DNA of 64,000 nucleotides from an uncultured Lachnospiraceae bacterium (GCA_910586725.1 CAJUJL010000006.1:4477-68476); one strand, 5' to 3'. Shown: positions 17,843 through 29,391, numbered from the stretch's first letter. A program made the numbers and translations. The notes: a model not told the origin generated them from the sequence alone.

Positions 17843-19106
17843 CTTTTACCTCTTTCAGATAATACAGCGATCCAAACGCCAGAACCATTGCCGGTTCACT
17901 GCCTTTTTCCGCTTCTTCATATGCGGCTTTGACCGCTTCAAAGACGCTCTCTTTTACGACTGCCCTGATGTTTTGCCTGCCGCATGCGTCCGCAAGCTTT
18001 TGCGCGGCCAGGGCCCTTGCATGATTCGGCGTCACGGTGTAAATCAGATCAAACGCAGACTGCAATGCGCCTGTCATTTCTTCAAAAGGCTTGTCCGCCA
18101 TAACGCCCATAATTCCAATCCGTCTCATATTTGGAAAATTTTGAAACAGGCTCGTTTTTAACTCCCGCGCCGCCTCGGTATTATGCGCGCCGTCAATATA
18201 AAAAAGAGGTTTTTTTGACAGGCGCTCAAATCTGCCGCTCCATTTCGCTTCTTTCATCCCTTTTAATATCTGCTCTTTGCCCACAGAATATCCGGCTTTT
18301 TTTAAAACGTCAAGCGTCTCTATGGCAAGAGAGGCGTTTTCTGTCTGATAACTGCCTGTCATAGACAGCGTTACTTCTCCCACTTTGGGATGCCAAAACC
18401 AAAGTCTGCCGTCTGAAAGCTTACTTTCTGTGATTTCACGCGCCAAAACGTAAGCGGCCTTCTTTTCCTCCGCTCTCTGGCGTAAGATACGCTCCGCCTT
18501 AGGCTTTTGCTTTACCGAAACGACCGGGCAGCCCGGTTTGATGATCCCGGCTTTTTCCCTGGCAATGGCTTCCATGGAATCTCCAAGATAATCCGTATGA
18601 TCCATCCCAATGGACGTAAATACGCTGCACAGAGGCTGTTCCATTAAGTTGGTAGCGTCCAGCGCGCCGCCCATTCCGGTTTCCAGCAGAACAATGTCGC
18701 ATTTTCTGCGGAAAAACCAGAGAAAGGCAAGCGCCGTCTCTATTTCAAATACCGTTGGATGGGAAAAGCCTTTCTGCGTCATATTCCGGCATGCAAGCGC
18801 CGTCTCCTCCATACAGGAGGCATATTCCGATTCTCCAATCCATGCTCCGTTGATCTGACAGACTTCCCGCAGGTCAAAAACGGCCGGCGAGTTAAACTGC
18901 CCGACGATATATCCCGCTTCCTTTAATGCGGAAGCCAGAAAACAGCTCACAGAACCTTTTCCATTCGTCCCTGCTATGTGCACAACATTTAACTCTGCAT
19001 GCACGTCATTTAGCTCATGCATAAGACGGCGGATCGTATCAAGGCCCAAAATGCTTCCGTATTTTTTTGCATCTTCATGAAATTGTACCGACTGTGTAAA
19101 ATTCAT
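17814..19106 (-). CDS. folC: Folylpolyglutamate synthase/dihydrofolate synthase
   Basis: HIAGTNGKGS, ETGMGGALDATN, DGAHN and FGSLY motifs. Confidence 0.95.
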   Translation of the reverse strand: MNFTQSVQFHEDAKKYGSILGLDTIRRLMHELNDVHAELNVVHIAGTNGKGSVSCFLASALKEAGYIVGQFNSPAVFDLREVCQINGAWIGESEYASCMEETALACRNMTQKGFSHPTVFEIETALAFLWFFRRKCDIVLLETGMGGALDATNLMEQPLCSVFTSIGMDHTDYLGDSMEAIAREKAGIIKPGCPVVSVKQKPKAERILRQRAEEKKAAYVLAREITESKLSDGRLWFWHPKVGEVTLSMTGSYQTENASLAIETLDVLKKAGYSVGKEQILKGMKEAKWSGRFERLSKKPLFYIDGAHNTEAARELKTSLFQNFPNMRRIGIMGVMADKPFEEMTGALQSAFDLIYTVTPNHARALAAQKLADACGRQNIRAVVKESVFEAVKAAYEEAEKGSEPAMVLAFGSLYYLKEVKDALYEITKC

Positions 19107-19160
19107 ATATGATCCCGCTTTTCTTCTTTCGTATTTAGTTCAAAACTTAAGATGTCAGGC

Positions 19161-21401
19161 TTAGGAACCGTGCTTTACGCCCTTGGTATCCCGTCCGGCA
19201 ACCCGCAGACGGTTCAACTCCAGTTCCTTATCTTTTAGAGCGATTTTCATGCTCTCGCCCGGCATAAGAAAATATGCGCAAGCCACTTCGTCTCCCACGG
19301 CAAGCTTCATGCCCCGGACGCCTACGGCTCCCTTTTTCTTCTCCGGTATGGAGGAAGCCTCCATGCGAAGAAACATTCCCTTTTGTGACTGCAACACCAG
19401 ATGAAGCCCTTCTTCATAAACTCCAATCCGGATCACCTCATCTTCGTCGTTTAGCTTCGTCGCCGCCGTCGTCCGCTTGGAAACATCAAATTCTTTTCCG
19501 TCTACCACCTTGAGCATGCCTGTTTTGGTCACAAACAGCATTTTCTTTTGTTTCATTTCCGTCAGAGAACTTACAAAAACCAGCGTTTCTTCGCTGCTGC
19601 TGTAATTGCTCAAATTATCCACCGGCTGACCTTTATCCCGGAATTTCCCGTAAGGAAGATCCGCCGCTTTTAAAAGATGCATCTGCCCCCGGTTTGTAAA
19701 CAGGCCGATTTTATCTGTGTTTTTGCAGGGAATGACGTACCGGTTTTCACTGTCTGCCGCTTCCTTGTTGCGTTCATAAGCCGCAGCGTCAATCGTCTTT
19801 GCGTATCCAAACCGATCCATCAAAAAGACGACGTCCATTTCTTCCATCTTCGGCTCTTCCAGAATGATTTCCTTTCCATTTTCAATCGTCGTTTTCCTGG
19901 AAACGGCGTATTCTTTTTTCCATGCGTCAAGCTCGCGGATGATTACTTTTGCCATGACCGACCGGCTTCCTAAAATATTCTCATAATTTTGAATATTTTT
20001 CAGAGTCGCTTCATGCTCTTTGCGCAACGCTTCGATTTCCAGGCCGATTAATTTATACAGCCTCATTTCCAGGATAGCCGTCGCCTGAGGCTCCGTAAAA
20101 CGCAGCTTTGCGGCCTGCTTTTTCGAAGCTTCGCTTTTGAATTTGATATTTCCCGTCTCGCCTTGAACCAGGCATGCTTTGGCTTCTTTGATATTTTTGC
20201 TCCCGCGTAAAATCTCAATAATCAGGTCAATGACGTCGCATGCTTTGATCAGCCCCTCCTGAACCTCTTTTTTCGCAAGCTCTTTGCGAAGCAGCGTCCG
20301 GTACTTTCTGGTGGCAATCTCATACTGGAAATTAACGTGATGGCGGATCATCGGCACAAGCCCCATTGTCTCCGGCTTTCCGTCCGCAACCGCAAGCATA
20401 TTTACGCCAAACGTATCCTCAAGCCTTGTTTTTTTGTAAAGCAGATTGCAAATCCGCTCGGCGTCGGCCCCCTTTTTCAATTCCAGAACAATCCGGATGC
20501 CTTCTTTGGAAGACTGATTGGAAATATCCGCAATATCCGTCGTCTTTTTTGTCTCCACAAGCGCGCAGACGTCGTTTAAAAATTTGCCGATGCCAAGACC
20601 AATCATCGTATAAGGGATTTCCGTAATTACGATCTTGTCTTTGCCGCCTTTTCCTTTTTCTATTTCCACTCTGCCGCGGATTTTGATTTTTCCCGTTCCG
20701 GTGGCATAAATGGATAGGAGGTCATCTTTATTGACTACGATTCCGCCGGTTGGAAAATCCGGGCCTTTGATGTGCTCCATCATTTGTTCCGTATTTATAT
20801 CCGGGTTTTTCATGTAAGCCTTGACGCCTTCTATGACCTCCCCCAGGTTGTGCGGCGGTATACTCGTCGCCATGCCGACGGCAATTCCTTCGGCTCCGTT
20901 AATCAGAATATTCGGCACTCTTACCGGAAGAACCAAGGGCTCTTTTTCCGTCTCGTCAAAATTCGGCCCAAAATCCACCACGTCTTTGTCCAAATCCGAA
21001 AGATAGGCCTCCTGCGTAATCTTTCTCAGCCTGGCTTCCGTATAACGCATCGCAGCCGCGCCGTCCCCTTCGATGGAACCGAAATTGCCGTGCCCGTCTA
21101 CAAGCGGCAGTCCTTTTTTAAACTCCTGGGCCATCACGACAAGCGCGTCATAAATGGAGCTGTCGCCGTGCGGATGATATTTACCCATCGTATCTCCCAC
21201 GATACGCGCGCATTTCCGGTAAGGCTTGTCATAGCGAATGCCAAGCTCATACATATCGTATAACGTTCTGCGCTGCACCGGCTTCAACCCGTCCCGTACA
21301 TCCGGCAGCGCCCGCGCAATAATTACGCTCATTGCATAATCAATATAAGATTTCTGCATCAGCTCCGAATATTCCGTGCGAATGATCTGTTCTTCCTTCA
21401 T
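19161..21401 (-). CDS. parC: DNA topoisomerase IV subunit A (GyrA/ParC family)
   Basis: [26 protein letters not shown] and AAAMRYTE motifs; 746 aa; no GyrA-box (QRRGGKG) at the start of the CTD. Confidence 0.8.
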   Translation of the reverse strand: MKEEQIIRTEYSELMQKSYIDYAMSVIIARALPDVRDGLKPVQRRTLYDMYELGIRYDKPYRKCARIVGDTMGKYHPHGDSSIYDALVVMAQEFKKGLPLVDGHGNFGSIEGDGAAAMRYTEARLRKITQEAYLSDLDKDVVDFGPNFDETEKEPLVLPVRVPNILINGAEGIAVGMATSIPPHNLGEVIEGVKAYMKNPDINTEQMMEHIKGPDFPTGGIVVNKDDLLSIYATGTGKIKIRGRVEIEKGKGGKDKIVITEIPYTMIGLGIGKFLNDVCALVETKKTTDIADISNQSSKEGIRIVLELKKGADAERICNLLYKKTRLEDTFGVNMLAVADGKPETMGLVPMIRHHVNFQYEIATRKYRTLLRKELAKKEVQEGLIKACDVIDLIIEILRGSKNIKEAKACLVQGETGNIKFKSEASKKQAAKLRFTEPQATAILEMRLYKLIGLEIEALRKEHEATLKNIQNYENILGSRSVMAKVIIRELDAWKKEYAVSRKTTIENGKEIILEEPKMEEMDVVFLMDRFGYAKTIDAAAYERNKEAADSENRYVIPCKNTDKIGLFTNRGQMHLLKAADLPYGKFRDKGQPVDNLSNYSSSEETLVFVSSLTEMKQKKMLFVTKTGMLKVVDGKEFDVSKRTTAATKLNDEDEVIRIGVYEEGLHLVLQSQKGMFLRMEASSIPEKKKGAVGVRGMKLAVGDEVACAYFLMPGESMKIALKDKELELNRLRVAGRDTKGVKHGS

Positions 21402-21494
21402 ATCTTAAATCCCTTTCATTTTCCCGTAGGCCCACCTGCCGTTTCCGGCAAAACAGAATCCTGCCCCGTCTGTGATTGCCAAAACCATTTCTCG

Positions 21495-23417
21495 TTATAC
21501 ATCCAGATTTGCATCCTTTGCATATTCATAAATAAACGCTTTTCTCGGCGACACATCCGTTCCCATCAGCATCTCCGTAACGTCCGAGGCCATCCTTGCA
21601 TCCTCGATTTCCACTCGTTTTAAAATTCTGGTCTGCGGATCAAGCGTCGTCTCCCAGAGCTGCTGCGCATCCATTTCTCCCAGACCTTTATAGCGCTGCA
21701 GCGTAAAGCTCCCTTTATGCCGTTTCCGGTACTTATTAAGCGCAGCGTCGTCATAGAGATATTCTTCCTGGCCTCTTGACGGGATCGCCTTGTACAAAGG
21801 CGGCATTGCCAGATATACATGACCCTCAAAAATCAGCTCCGGCATAAACCGGTAAAACAGGGTCAGCAGAAGCGTGGAAATATGCGCGCCGTCCACATCC
21901 GCATCCGCCATAATAATAATCTTATCGTACCGCAGCTTTGAAATATCAAAATCATTGCCGTATCCTTCGGAAAACCCGCAGCCGAACGCGTTGATCATGG
22001 TCTTAATCTCCGCATTGGCCAATACCTTGTCAATGCTTGCTTTCTCCACGTTTAAAATTTTACCCCGGATCGGCAGAATTGCCTGAAAACTCCGGTCTCT
22101 CGCCGTTTTCGCCGAACCGCCCGCGCTGTCTCCCTCCACAATAAAAATCTCGCAGACGGAAGCGTCCCTGCTTTCGCAGTTGGCCAGCTTGCCATTGGAA
22201 TCAAAAGAAAATTTCTGTTTTGTCAAAAGATTTGTCTTTGCTTTCTCCTCCGATTTGCGGATTTTGGCCGCTTTTTCCGCGCAGCCGATCACAGACTTCA
22301 AAATTTCAAGATTTTTATCGAAAAAAAGCTGTATTTCATCTCCGGTTACTTTTCCGGTCGCTCTTGCCGCATCCTGATTATCCAGCTTTGTCTTCGTCTG
22401 TCCTTCAAACCGGGGCGCGGGATGCTTAACGGAAATCACGGCCGTCATGCCGTTTCTGACGTCCGTACCGGTAAAATTCGCGTCTTTTTCCTTTAAGATG
22501 CCAAGCTCTCTGGCATACTGGTTAATCACCGTTGTAAACGTCGTTTTAAATCCGGTCAGATGCGCCCCGCCCTCGGCGTTATATATATTGTTGCAAAAAC
22601 CAAGGACGTTCTCGTGAAAATCGTTCGTATACTGAAACGCGGCTTCCACGGTAATTCCTTCGCTTTCTCCCTGAAAATAAATCACATCGCAGACCGTCTC
22701 GGAATTTTTGTTCAACGCATGGACAAATCCCCTGATGCCCTCCGTTTCATGGAAAGTCAGCTGTTCCGGCTCATCTCCTCTTTTATCCTCATAAAAAATG
22801 GTAAGCCTGGGGTTTAAATATGCCGTTTCGTGCAGACGGCTTTTGACTTCATCCCCTTTAAACCGCGTTTTTTCAAAGATCTCCCCATCCGGAAGAAAAT
22901 TGATCTTCGTTCCCGTCTTCTTCGTCTTTCCGATTTTCGGAAGAAGCCCTTCTTCCAGTGCAATCACGGGGATTCCCCGTTCATAGCGGTCATGGTGGAT
23001 AAACCCGTCCCTGCTGATCTCCACGTCCATGGAAACGGAAAGCGCGTTGACGACGGATGAACCGACGCCGTGAAGCCCGCCGCTTGTCTTATAGGAGGAA
23101 TCGTCAAATTTGCCTCCGGCGTGAAGCGTTGTAAAAACAAGGCGCGCCGCAGACATGCCTTTCTCATGCAGACCTACCGGAATGCCGCGGCCGTTGTCGG
23201 ATACGGTGCAAGAACCGTCCTTTTCCAGCGTAACGCATATCGCATCGCAAAATCCTGCCAGATGCTCGTCTACCGCATTGTCTACAATTTCATATATCAG
23301 ATGATTCAGGCCCTTTCTGGAAACGCTCCCAATGTACATTCCGGGCCGCTTGCGCACTGCCTCAAGCCCCTCAAGCACCGAAATGCTGCCTGCGTCATAT
23401 GTTTTCTTTTCCGCCAT
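21495..23417 (-). CDS. parE: DNA topoisomerase IV subunit B (GyrB/ParE family)
   Basis: EAVRKRPGMYIG, EGDSAGGS, PIRGKILN, DADVDG and QRYKGLGEM motifs; start ATG 23417. Confidence 0.8.
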   Translation of the reverse strand: MAEKKTYDAGSISVLEGLEAVRKRPGMYIGSVSRKGLNHLIYEIVDNAVDEHLAGFCDAICVTLEKDGSCTVSDNGRGIPVGLHEKGMSAARLVFTTLHAGGKFDDSSYKTSGGLHGVGSSVVNALSVSMDVEISRDGFIHHDRYERGIPVIALEEGLLPKIGKTKKTGTKINFLPDGEIFEKTRFKGDEVKSRLHETAYLNPRLTIFYEDKRGDEPEQLTFHETEGIRGFVHALNKNSETVCDVIYFQGESEGITVEAAFQYTNDFHENVLGFCNNIYNAEGGAHLTGFKTTFTTVINQYARELGILKEKDANFTGTDVRNGMTAVISVKHPAPRFEGQTKTKLDNQDAARATGKVTGDEIQLFFDKNLEILKSVIGCAEKAAKIRKSEEKAKTNLLTKQKFSFDSNGKLANCESRDASVCEIFIVEGDSAGGSAKTARDRSFQAILPIRGKILNVEKASIDKVLANAEIKTMINAFGCGFSEGYGNDFDISKLRYDKIIIMADADVDGAHISTLLLTLFYRFMPELIFEGHVYLAMPPLYKAIPSRGQEEYLYDDAALNKYRKRHKGSFTLQRYKGLGEMDAQQLWETTLDPQTRILKRVEIEDARMASDVTEMLMGTDVSPRKAFIYEYAKDANLDV

Positions 23418-23479
23418 AATGCTCCCTTTCCCAACTCTCTGCATACCACTTCGTCAAAACAGATCCTGCCAGCTCGTTT

Positions 23480-23650
23480 TCAGACAATTTCATATTGCAT
23501 CATCTCATATTTCAAACGGCTGCCTTCCACAATCTCCGGCGGCAGCAAAGCTCTTGCCACTAATTTTAAATCATCCGAAGCAAGATCCGTCCGTTTTAAA
23601 TTGGCATAATCACCCTCAATCGTCACAACTTCATAATACCATGTTTCCAT
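23480..23650 (-). CDS. Small conserved hypothetical protein (DUF3006-like)
   Basis: 56 aa from ATG 23650 with RBS AAAGGAG; IEGDYA...ARALLPPEIVEGSRL pattern. Confidence 0.65.
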   Translation of the reverse strand: METWYYEVVTIEGDYANLKRTDLASDDLKLVARALLPPEIVEGSRLKYEMMQYEIV

Positions 23651-25079
23651 AATTGACTCCTTTTTCCAGAATTTCACGTATACACGCAAGCCCCGTCTTC
23701 ATCTCCTGCTCATCTAGAGCGCCGTATCCCAAAAGCAGTGTGGGAATCCCCATTTCCCGGTCTCCTCCGGGAATGGCATACTCCTTTAGATCGTATACGC
23801 GCACGCCTTTGGCCTTTGCCGCTTCTACAATAAAAGCCGCGCTTTCCGACGTTTTTAATTCCGCCAAAAGATGCATGCCCGCATGATCTCCGTAAACCTT
23901 CCGCACCCAGGATTCTTTTTTCAAAAGAGAATAAAACAGATCGTGCTTTGCCTTGTAAATCCTGCGCATTTTGTTTAAATACCGCTCAAAATATCCCTGG
24001 TCTAAAAATGCCGCCAGCGCTCTTTGCTGTTCTTTTGGAACCGTTGAAGCGTAAAATGCGCAGTTTGCATCATAAGAATCCAAAAGAGGCTCCGGCAGTA
24101 TCATATAACTGACGCGAATGGACGGACTGATGCTCTTAGAAAACGTACCAAGATAAATGACATTTCCGTTGACGTCGTTTCCCTGCAAAGAAGGGATTGG
24201 CTTTCCCCTGTAACGAAATTCACTGTCGTGATCGTCTTCGATAATATAACGCCCAGGCTTTTCCGCCGCCCACCGCAAAAGCTCCAGACGACGTTTCATC
24301 GGCATAACCGTTCCCATGGGAAACTGATGCGAAGGCATGGCGTAGATGACATCCGTTTCCTGCGCCCGGATTTCTTCCATGCAGATCCCGCTTTTGTCCA
24401 TTTGCGCCAAAACCATTTTACAACCCATATTTGCAAGCGTTTGATACGCCTTTAGATAGGTGGGGTTTTCCATTGCCACTTTTATCCCTCTGCCCAAAAT
24501 CTGCACCAGTAAAATCAAAAGATATTCGTTGCCGGCGCCGATCACCATTTGCGCGGGGCCGCACTTTACGCCTCTTGCATGATAAAGATAATCACAGACT
24601 GCCCGCCGAAGCTCCCACTCTCCTGCCGCTTCTCCTGCCCGAAACAGCTGCGGATCATTGGCGGATAAAATTTCTTTTGATATTTTCCGCCATGCATTGT
24701 AAGGGAAGTGCAAAAACTCGTTTTCTTCCGGAGAAAAATCAATCCGGTATTGCAAAGCCGGTTCTTTTCGGTCCAAAATTTTTGCCTTTTGCTTCGTCTG
24801 CCCTTTTTGCCGCCTGTTGAAATATAAATCCGATATATCGCATACATAGTAACCGCTGCCCCGCCTGGCCTCTATATAACCTTCCGAAACAAGCTGCTCG
24901 TAAGCTGTTTTTGCGGTGCTTCTTGATACCTGCAGATATGCGGCCAACAAACGAGTAGACGGTAATTTTTCTCCACAGGAAATCTTACCGTCCACAATAT
25001 TTCTTCTTATGTAATCATAAATCTGCTCATACAGGGGCTTTCCCGAATCGCTGTTCAAATGAATCATCAATTCAAGCAT
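23631..25079 (-). CDS. MocR/GabR-family PLP-dependent transcriptional regulator
   Basis: GntR HTH (PLYEQIY...LPSTRLLA) plus aminotransferase domain (PSHQFPMG, IIEDDHDSEFRY, GTFSKSISPSIR); ATG 25079 after GGAGGA. Confidence 0.92.
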   Translation of the reverse strand: MLELMIHLNSDSGKPLYEQIYDYIRRNIVDGKISCGEKLPSTRLLAAYLQVSRSTAKTAYEQLVSEGYIEARRGSGYYVCDISDLYFNRRQKGQTKQKAKILDRKEPALQYRIDFSPEENEFLHFPYNAWRKISKEILSANDPQLFRAGEAAGEWELRRAVCDYLYHARGVKCGPAQMVIGAGNEYLLILLVQILGRGIKVAMENPTYLKAYQTLANMGCKMVLAQMDKSGICMEEIRAQETDVIYAMPSHQFPMGTVMPMKRRLELLRWAAEKPGRYIIEDDHDSEFRYRGKPIPSLQGNDVNGNVIYLGTFSKSISPSIRVSYMILPEPLLDSYDANCAFYASTVPKEQQRALAAFLDQGYFERYLNKMRRIYKAKHDLFYSLLKKESWVRKVYGDHAGMHLLAELKTSESAAFIVEAAKAKGVRVYDLKEYAIPGGDREMGIPTLLLGYGALDEQEMKTGLACIREILEKGVNYGNMVL

Positions 25080-25097
25080 ACCGTCCTCCATATTTCG

Positions 25098-25841
25098 CTA
25101 TTGCGGCGTTTCTGCCCGCATTTTTGATACAATTTCCTGTTTTAAATCCAGCGCGCGGTCTTTCATCCTGCGGTCCGCAATCTGAGAACCCAATATATTG
25201 CTGACAGCCTTGGACGCAAACCCATACTCTTTGAAATGACACGCAAGCGTGGCCAAAAGAAAATCCATGGTAAACGTATCCATACCGCAAATTGGGAAAT
25301 CTTCCATGGTAAGCGCCTTTTGAAAACCCTGGTACGCTTCTTTGTAAAACAGCTCCTGATTCTTTCGAACCTCTTCTTTTGCTTCACACTCTTCTTTTGT
25401 GCTCTCCGGCATTTCATCCCCCATCGAGCGGTACAGCCAGGATATTTTTAAACACGTATAAGCCAGCTCGCTCATCTTTCCCCGTTTTGCTTTGGAGCAC
25501 AGCAGCGCCCGCTTGTACCTTGCAATAGCCGTGTTATAATCATATACTTCCGGGTCGCTTTCCCCGGAAGGCTTGAAATTTGCGGTAACATTCTCTTTAA
25601 CCAGCATAATCTGCCCTTTTGACAATTGATCAAACGAAGTGTTTATCGCTGAATATCCACAAAACGGACAGGCATATACACTGTATTTTAACGTATCAAT
25701 ATCCCGAAACCGGGGACGAAGGTCAAAATCCGTCTGCAGTCGCCGAAGCCTGGATGTCCGTACTACTTTTGATCCGAATATATTGTCGCAAACAGGGCAT
25801 CTGACCTTTTTCTCGAATAAAAAATCTATTTCTTTTTCCAT
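25098..25841 (-). CDS. DUF2225-family protein (zinc ribbon plus helical domain)
   Basis: CPVC...DFDLRP...CPFCGYS...LKISWLYR. Confidence 0.8.
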   Translation of the reverse strand: MEKEIDFLFEKKVRCPVCDNIFGSKVVRTSRLRRLQTDFDLRPRFRDIDTLKYSVYACPFCGYSAINTSFDQLSKGQIMLVKENVTANFKPSGESDPEVYDYNTAIARYKRALLCSKAKRGKMSELAYTCLKISWLYRSMGDEMPESTKEECEAKEEVRKNQELFYKEAYQGFQKALTMEDFPICGMDTFTMDFLLATLACHFKEYGFASKAVSNILGSQIADRRMKDRALDLKQEIVSKMRAETPQ

Positions 25842-25863
25842 ATGTCCTCCATTCTGATTTGCC

Positions 25864-27528
25864 TTACTTCGGCAGCTGATAAGAGCTTTTCAGGGAAACA
25901 ATGCGGTTAAATACCGGCATATCCTCCGTAGAATCCTTTGCGTCCACGCAGAAATATCCCTGCCTTACAAACTGAAAGCTGTCATACGCTTTCGCATCCG
26001 CGGCATACGGCTCAATATAGCAGTTTTTTAACACCGTCAGGGAATTGGGATTTAAATTTAAGCTTCCGTCTTCGTTGTATACGCCAAGCTCTTCGTCTAC
26101 AATATTTTCATACAGACGAACCTCCGCCCGCTTTGCGTAAGGCGCCGGCGCCCAGTGAATCGTTCCCTTGACTTTTCTGCCGTCCGGGCTGTTGCCGCCT
26201 TTGCTTGCCGGATCGTACGTACAGTGAATCTCCGTCACCTTTCCTTCTTCGTCTTTGACATAGCTGTTGCATGTGACAAAATACGCCTGCATCAGACGAA
26301 CTTCGTTGCCCGGAAACATGCGGAAATATTTCCGCGGCGGCGCTTCCATAAAATCTTCCCTGTCAATGTAAAGCTCTCTGCAGAACGGCACCGTGTGCGT
26401 TCCAAGCGATTCATTTTCCATATTATTGACAATCGTAAGCTCTTCCGTCTGTCCCTCGGGATAATTGTCAATAATCAGCTTAATCGGATCTAATACCGCC
26501 ATGACGCGGGCCCTTTTCAGCTTCAAATCCTCCCGGATGCAATACTCAAGCATCGCATAATCCACAGAGCTGTTGCTCTTTGAAATGCCGCAGAGATCGA
26601 CGAATTTCTGAATGGACTCCGGCGTAAAGCCCCTTCTTCTTAACGCCGCAATGGAAACGAGCCTCGGATCGTCCCATCCGTCTACAATCTTTTCTTCTAC
26701 CAGCCGTTTGATATAACGCTTGCCCGTCACGACATTGGTCAGATACAGCTTGGCAAATTCGATCTGCTTGGGAGGATTTTCATATTCCGCCTCCCGCACG
26801 ACCCAGTCGTACAAAGGTCTGTGGTCTTCAAACTCCAGCGTACAGATGGAATGCGTCACGCCCTCGATTGCGTCTTCAATCGGGTGCGCGAAGTCATACA
26901 TCGGATAAATGCACCATGCGTCCCCCGTATTGTGATGAGACATATGGGCCACGCGGTAAATGACAGGATCGCGCATGTTCATATTCGGAGAAGCCATATC
27001 AATTCTCGCCCTAAGCACTTTTTCGCCGTCTTTGTATTTTCCCTCTTTCATCTCTTCAAACAGCTTTAAATTTTCTTCCACGCTTCTGTTTGCCGCCGGA
27101 TCTTCTTTACCGGGTTCCGTCAGCGTCCCGCGGTATGCGCGGATTTCGTCCGCGGTCAAATCCGATACGTATGCCTTTCCCTTTTGAATCAGCTTTACGG
27201 CCGTCTCATACATTTCCTCAAAATAATCCGACGCAAAAAACAGGCGGTCTTCCCAGTCTGCGCCGAGCCACTTGACGTCTTCCTTGATGGATTCCACAAA
27301 TTCTACTTTTTCTTTCGTCGGGTTGGTATCGTCAAAGCGAAGGTTAAACTTGCCGCCGTATTGTCTGGCCAGCCCGGAATTTAAAAGGATGGATTTGGCA
27401 TGTCCGATATGCAGATAACCGTTTGGTTCCGGCGGAAATCGGGTGCAGATCGCAGTAACGCTTCCCTCCGCAATGTCTTTGTCGATGATTTGTTCTATAA
27501 AATTTCTGGATTCAGCTTCACGTTCCAT
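25864..27528 (-). CDS. glnS: Glutamine--tRNA ligase
   Basis: [36 protein letters not shown] and GWDDPRL motifs. Confidence 0.97.
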   Translation of the reverse strand: MEREAESRNFIEQIIDKDIAEGSVTAICTRFPPEPNGYLHIGHAKSILLNSGLARQYGGKFNLRFDDTNPTKEKVEFVESIKEDVKWLGADWEDRLFFASDYFEEMYETAVKLIQKGKAYVSDLTADEIRAYRGTLTEPGKEDPAANRSVEENLKLFEEMKEGKYKDGEKVLRARIDMASPNMNMRDPVIYRVAHMSHHNTGDAWCIYPMYDFAHPIEDAIEGVTHSICTLEFEDHRPLYDWVVREAEYENPPKQIEFAKLYLTNVVTGKRYIKRLVEEKIVDGWDDPRLVSIAALRRRGFTPESIQKFVDLCGISKSNSSVDYAMLEYCIREDLKLKRARVMAVLDPIKLIIDNYPEGQTEELTIVNNMENESLGTHTVPFCRELYIDREDFMEAPPRKYFRMFPGNEVRLMQAYFVTCNSYVKDEEGKVTEIHCTYDPASKGGNSPDGRKVKGTIHWAPAPYAKRAEVRLYENIVDEELGVYNEDGSLNLNPNSLTVLKNCYIEPYAADAKAYDSFQFVRQGYFCVDAKDSTEDMPVFNRIVSLKSSYQLPK

Positions 27529-27613
27529 TGTTTTCGTCCTTCCATTTCAAATATTTTCATTATTATACTTGATGAGACAAAAATTGTAAAGTTAAATACG
27601 ACATTGGTTTCTC

Positions 27614-28381
27614 TCAGATCTTATGTAAACGCAGAGCCGGATCCCGTTCAAAAACATACTGATGTTCCAGAGACAAATCCGCTCTGTATTTATAATGCAA
27701 TCTGTCAAACAATTTCAAATCTTTCGGATCCTCAATCTGATTCTCCGCCATAAAACGCACCATCTCGCCTCTTGCCATCTTTGCATAGGTTCCTTTTGTC
27801 ACAAACTTATCCTTGACTATTTCGCCAAACACACAGGTAATAAACATATCCTCCGGCGTCAGATACTTTTCTATGCATTTCGCATATTCTTTCGACGCTA
27901 AATTGATGATCACGCCGGATGTATCGCACACTTCCCGGTAAATCCTGTCTCCCCAAAACTCATATAAGTCTTTGCATCCTAAAATCTGCGCTTTCGCCTG
28001 CATTTCCAGCCGATACGGCGTCACTCCGTCCATCGGCTTTAAAACGCCGTAAAATGCGGATAGTATTCTTAGATGCCGCTCAATATAAGAAAGCTGGGCG
28101 TCCTCAAATACAGCCGGAGCCATATATTGATAGGCAATGCCCTCGTAAGAAAGAACGGCGGGCGTCAGGTTTTTGTTTAAATCCATGGCTTTTAATCTGT
28201 CGACGTTTTGCCCGGCGATTTTGTCGTTGCATTTCCATAAACCCTTTAACTCCTCATATGACTTTGATTGAAGCCACATAAGAATCTCTTTTGTCTGCTC
28301 CGTAAATACCGGCAGGCCAGAAAATGCAAGCGTATCGGCATCCTGTTTCATCTTTTTTGCCGGTGACAGGATAATTTTCAT
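27614..28381 (-). CDS. yaaA: Peroxide stress protein YaaA
   Basis: MKIILSPAKKM, ILSAFYGVLKP, YRLEM, INLASKEY and AKMARGEM motifs. Confidence 0.92.
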   Translation of the reverse strand: MKIILSPAKKMKQDADTLAFSGLPVFTEQTKEILMWLQSKSYEELKGLWKCNDKIAGQNVDRLKAMDLNKNLTPAVLSYEGIAYQYMAPAVFEDAQLSYIERHLRILSAFYGVLKPMDGVTPYRLEMQAKAQILGCKDLYEFWGDRIYREVCDTSGVIINLASKEYAKCIEKYLTPEDMFITCVFGEIVKDKFVTKGTYAKMARGEMVRFMAENQIEDPKDLKLFDRLHYKYRADLSLEHQYVFERDPALRLHKI

Positions 28382-28833
28382 TCCAGTTCACCCAGCATAT
28401 GTTCCGGATCCTCCGCAGCTTTTACTTTGCCATTTGCCATTCGGATCCATCCCTCCTCGTCTATGAGATAAGTCGTCCTTACTACTCCCATAGAAAGTTT
28501 TCCATACATCTTCTTTTCTTTCCATACGTCATAAGCTTCTATTACTTTACGCTCCGTATCGGAAAGCAGCGTGATATTTAATCCCTGCTTTTCCTCAAAT
28601 CTTTTATGTGAAGCGACGCTGTCTTTGCTCACCCCAAGAACAACCGCTCCCTTTTCCAGAAACTGTTTGGATCTCTCGGAAAATCCGCACGCCTGTTTCG
28701 TACATCCGGGCGTATTGTCTTTTGGGTAAAAATAAAGAATCACTTTCTTCCCACGGTAATCCTTCAGGGAATGCATTTCCCCATTTTGATCCGGCAGCGT
28801 AAAATCCGGCGCTTTTGTTCCAACTTCCAGCAT
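28378..28833 (-). CDS. bcp: Thioredoxin-dependent peroxiredoxin (BCP)
   Basis: LYFYPKDNTPGCTKQAC; ATG 28833 after GAAAGGAG. Confidence 0.95.
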   Translation of the reverse strand: MLEVGTKAPDFTLPDQNGEMHSLKDYRGKKVILYFYPKDNTPGCTKQACGFSERSKQFLEKGAVVLGVSKDSVASHKRFEEKQGLNITLLSDTERKVIEAYDVWKEKKMYGKLSMGVVRTTYLIDEEGWIRMANGKVKAAEDPEHMLGELE

Positions 28834-28909
28834 AATGATTCTCCTTTCACAACTTCGTTTTATGAATATTCCCCGTTTCAAATCCTGTCTTAATCGTATG
28901 CGTCTCTGA

Positions 28910-29188
28910 TTATAAAAAAAATCTGTGATACGTATATCCCGCCAGCAAGAGATGAAACATACAAATCAGAGGCATTCCTGCTACAAAACGCCCATGTTTT
29001 GTTTTGTGGCGAAATAAATACATCCCCGCCCACGTTCCGATGCTGCCTCCCAAAAAGCTTATCCAGAACAAGGTTGCCTCCGGAATTCTCCAAACGCGGC
29101 GCTTCGCTTTGCTCTTATCTATTCCCATCACAGCCAGCCCCGCAAGATTCATGACGCACAAATAAACCAATAAAATTTTTAATAACAT
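28910..29188 (-). CDS. DUF1294 small membrane protein
   Basis: GIDKSKA...WRIPEATL...GGSIG...FRHKTKH. Confidence 0.9.
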   Translation of the reverse strand: MLLKILLVYLCVMNLAGLAVMGIDKSKAKRRVWRIPEATLFWISFLGGSIGTWAGMYLFRHKTKHGRFVAGMPLICMFHLLLAGYTYHRFFL

Positions 29189-29359
29189 CCGCCTTATCCT
29201 TTATCTATTTTTTTCTCTGACAGAGCAATTATACCATTGCATGTTTTATTTCACAATCCAATAATTGCATGATTTCAGAATGCATCGCTGTTTTTATGGA
29301 GGCGCCTTTGTGAGATTTCGGAAACAGCCATAAAACGAATCATGTCTTTCCCCTATAGA

Positions 29360-29391
29360 CAGTTGCCATTTTGCCTGTTTTGTGCTACGAT
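29360..29391 (+). promoter_or_regulatory. sigma-A promoter; imperfect direct-repeat copy of the rqcH promoter
   Basis: TTGCCA-17-TACGAT with TG; 26/32 identical to 29967-29998. Confidence 0.65.

Noticed and set aside
27529..27613. T-box leader for glnS
   Set aside because: The intergenic region is only ~85 bp and shows no T-box motif.
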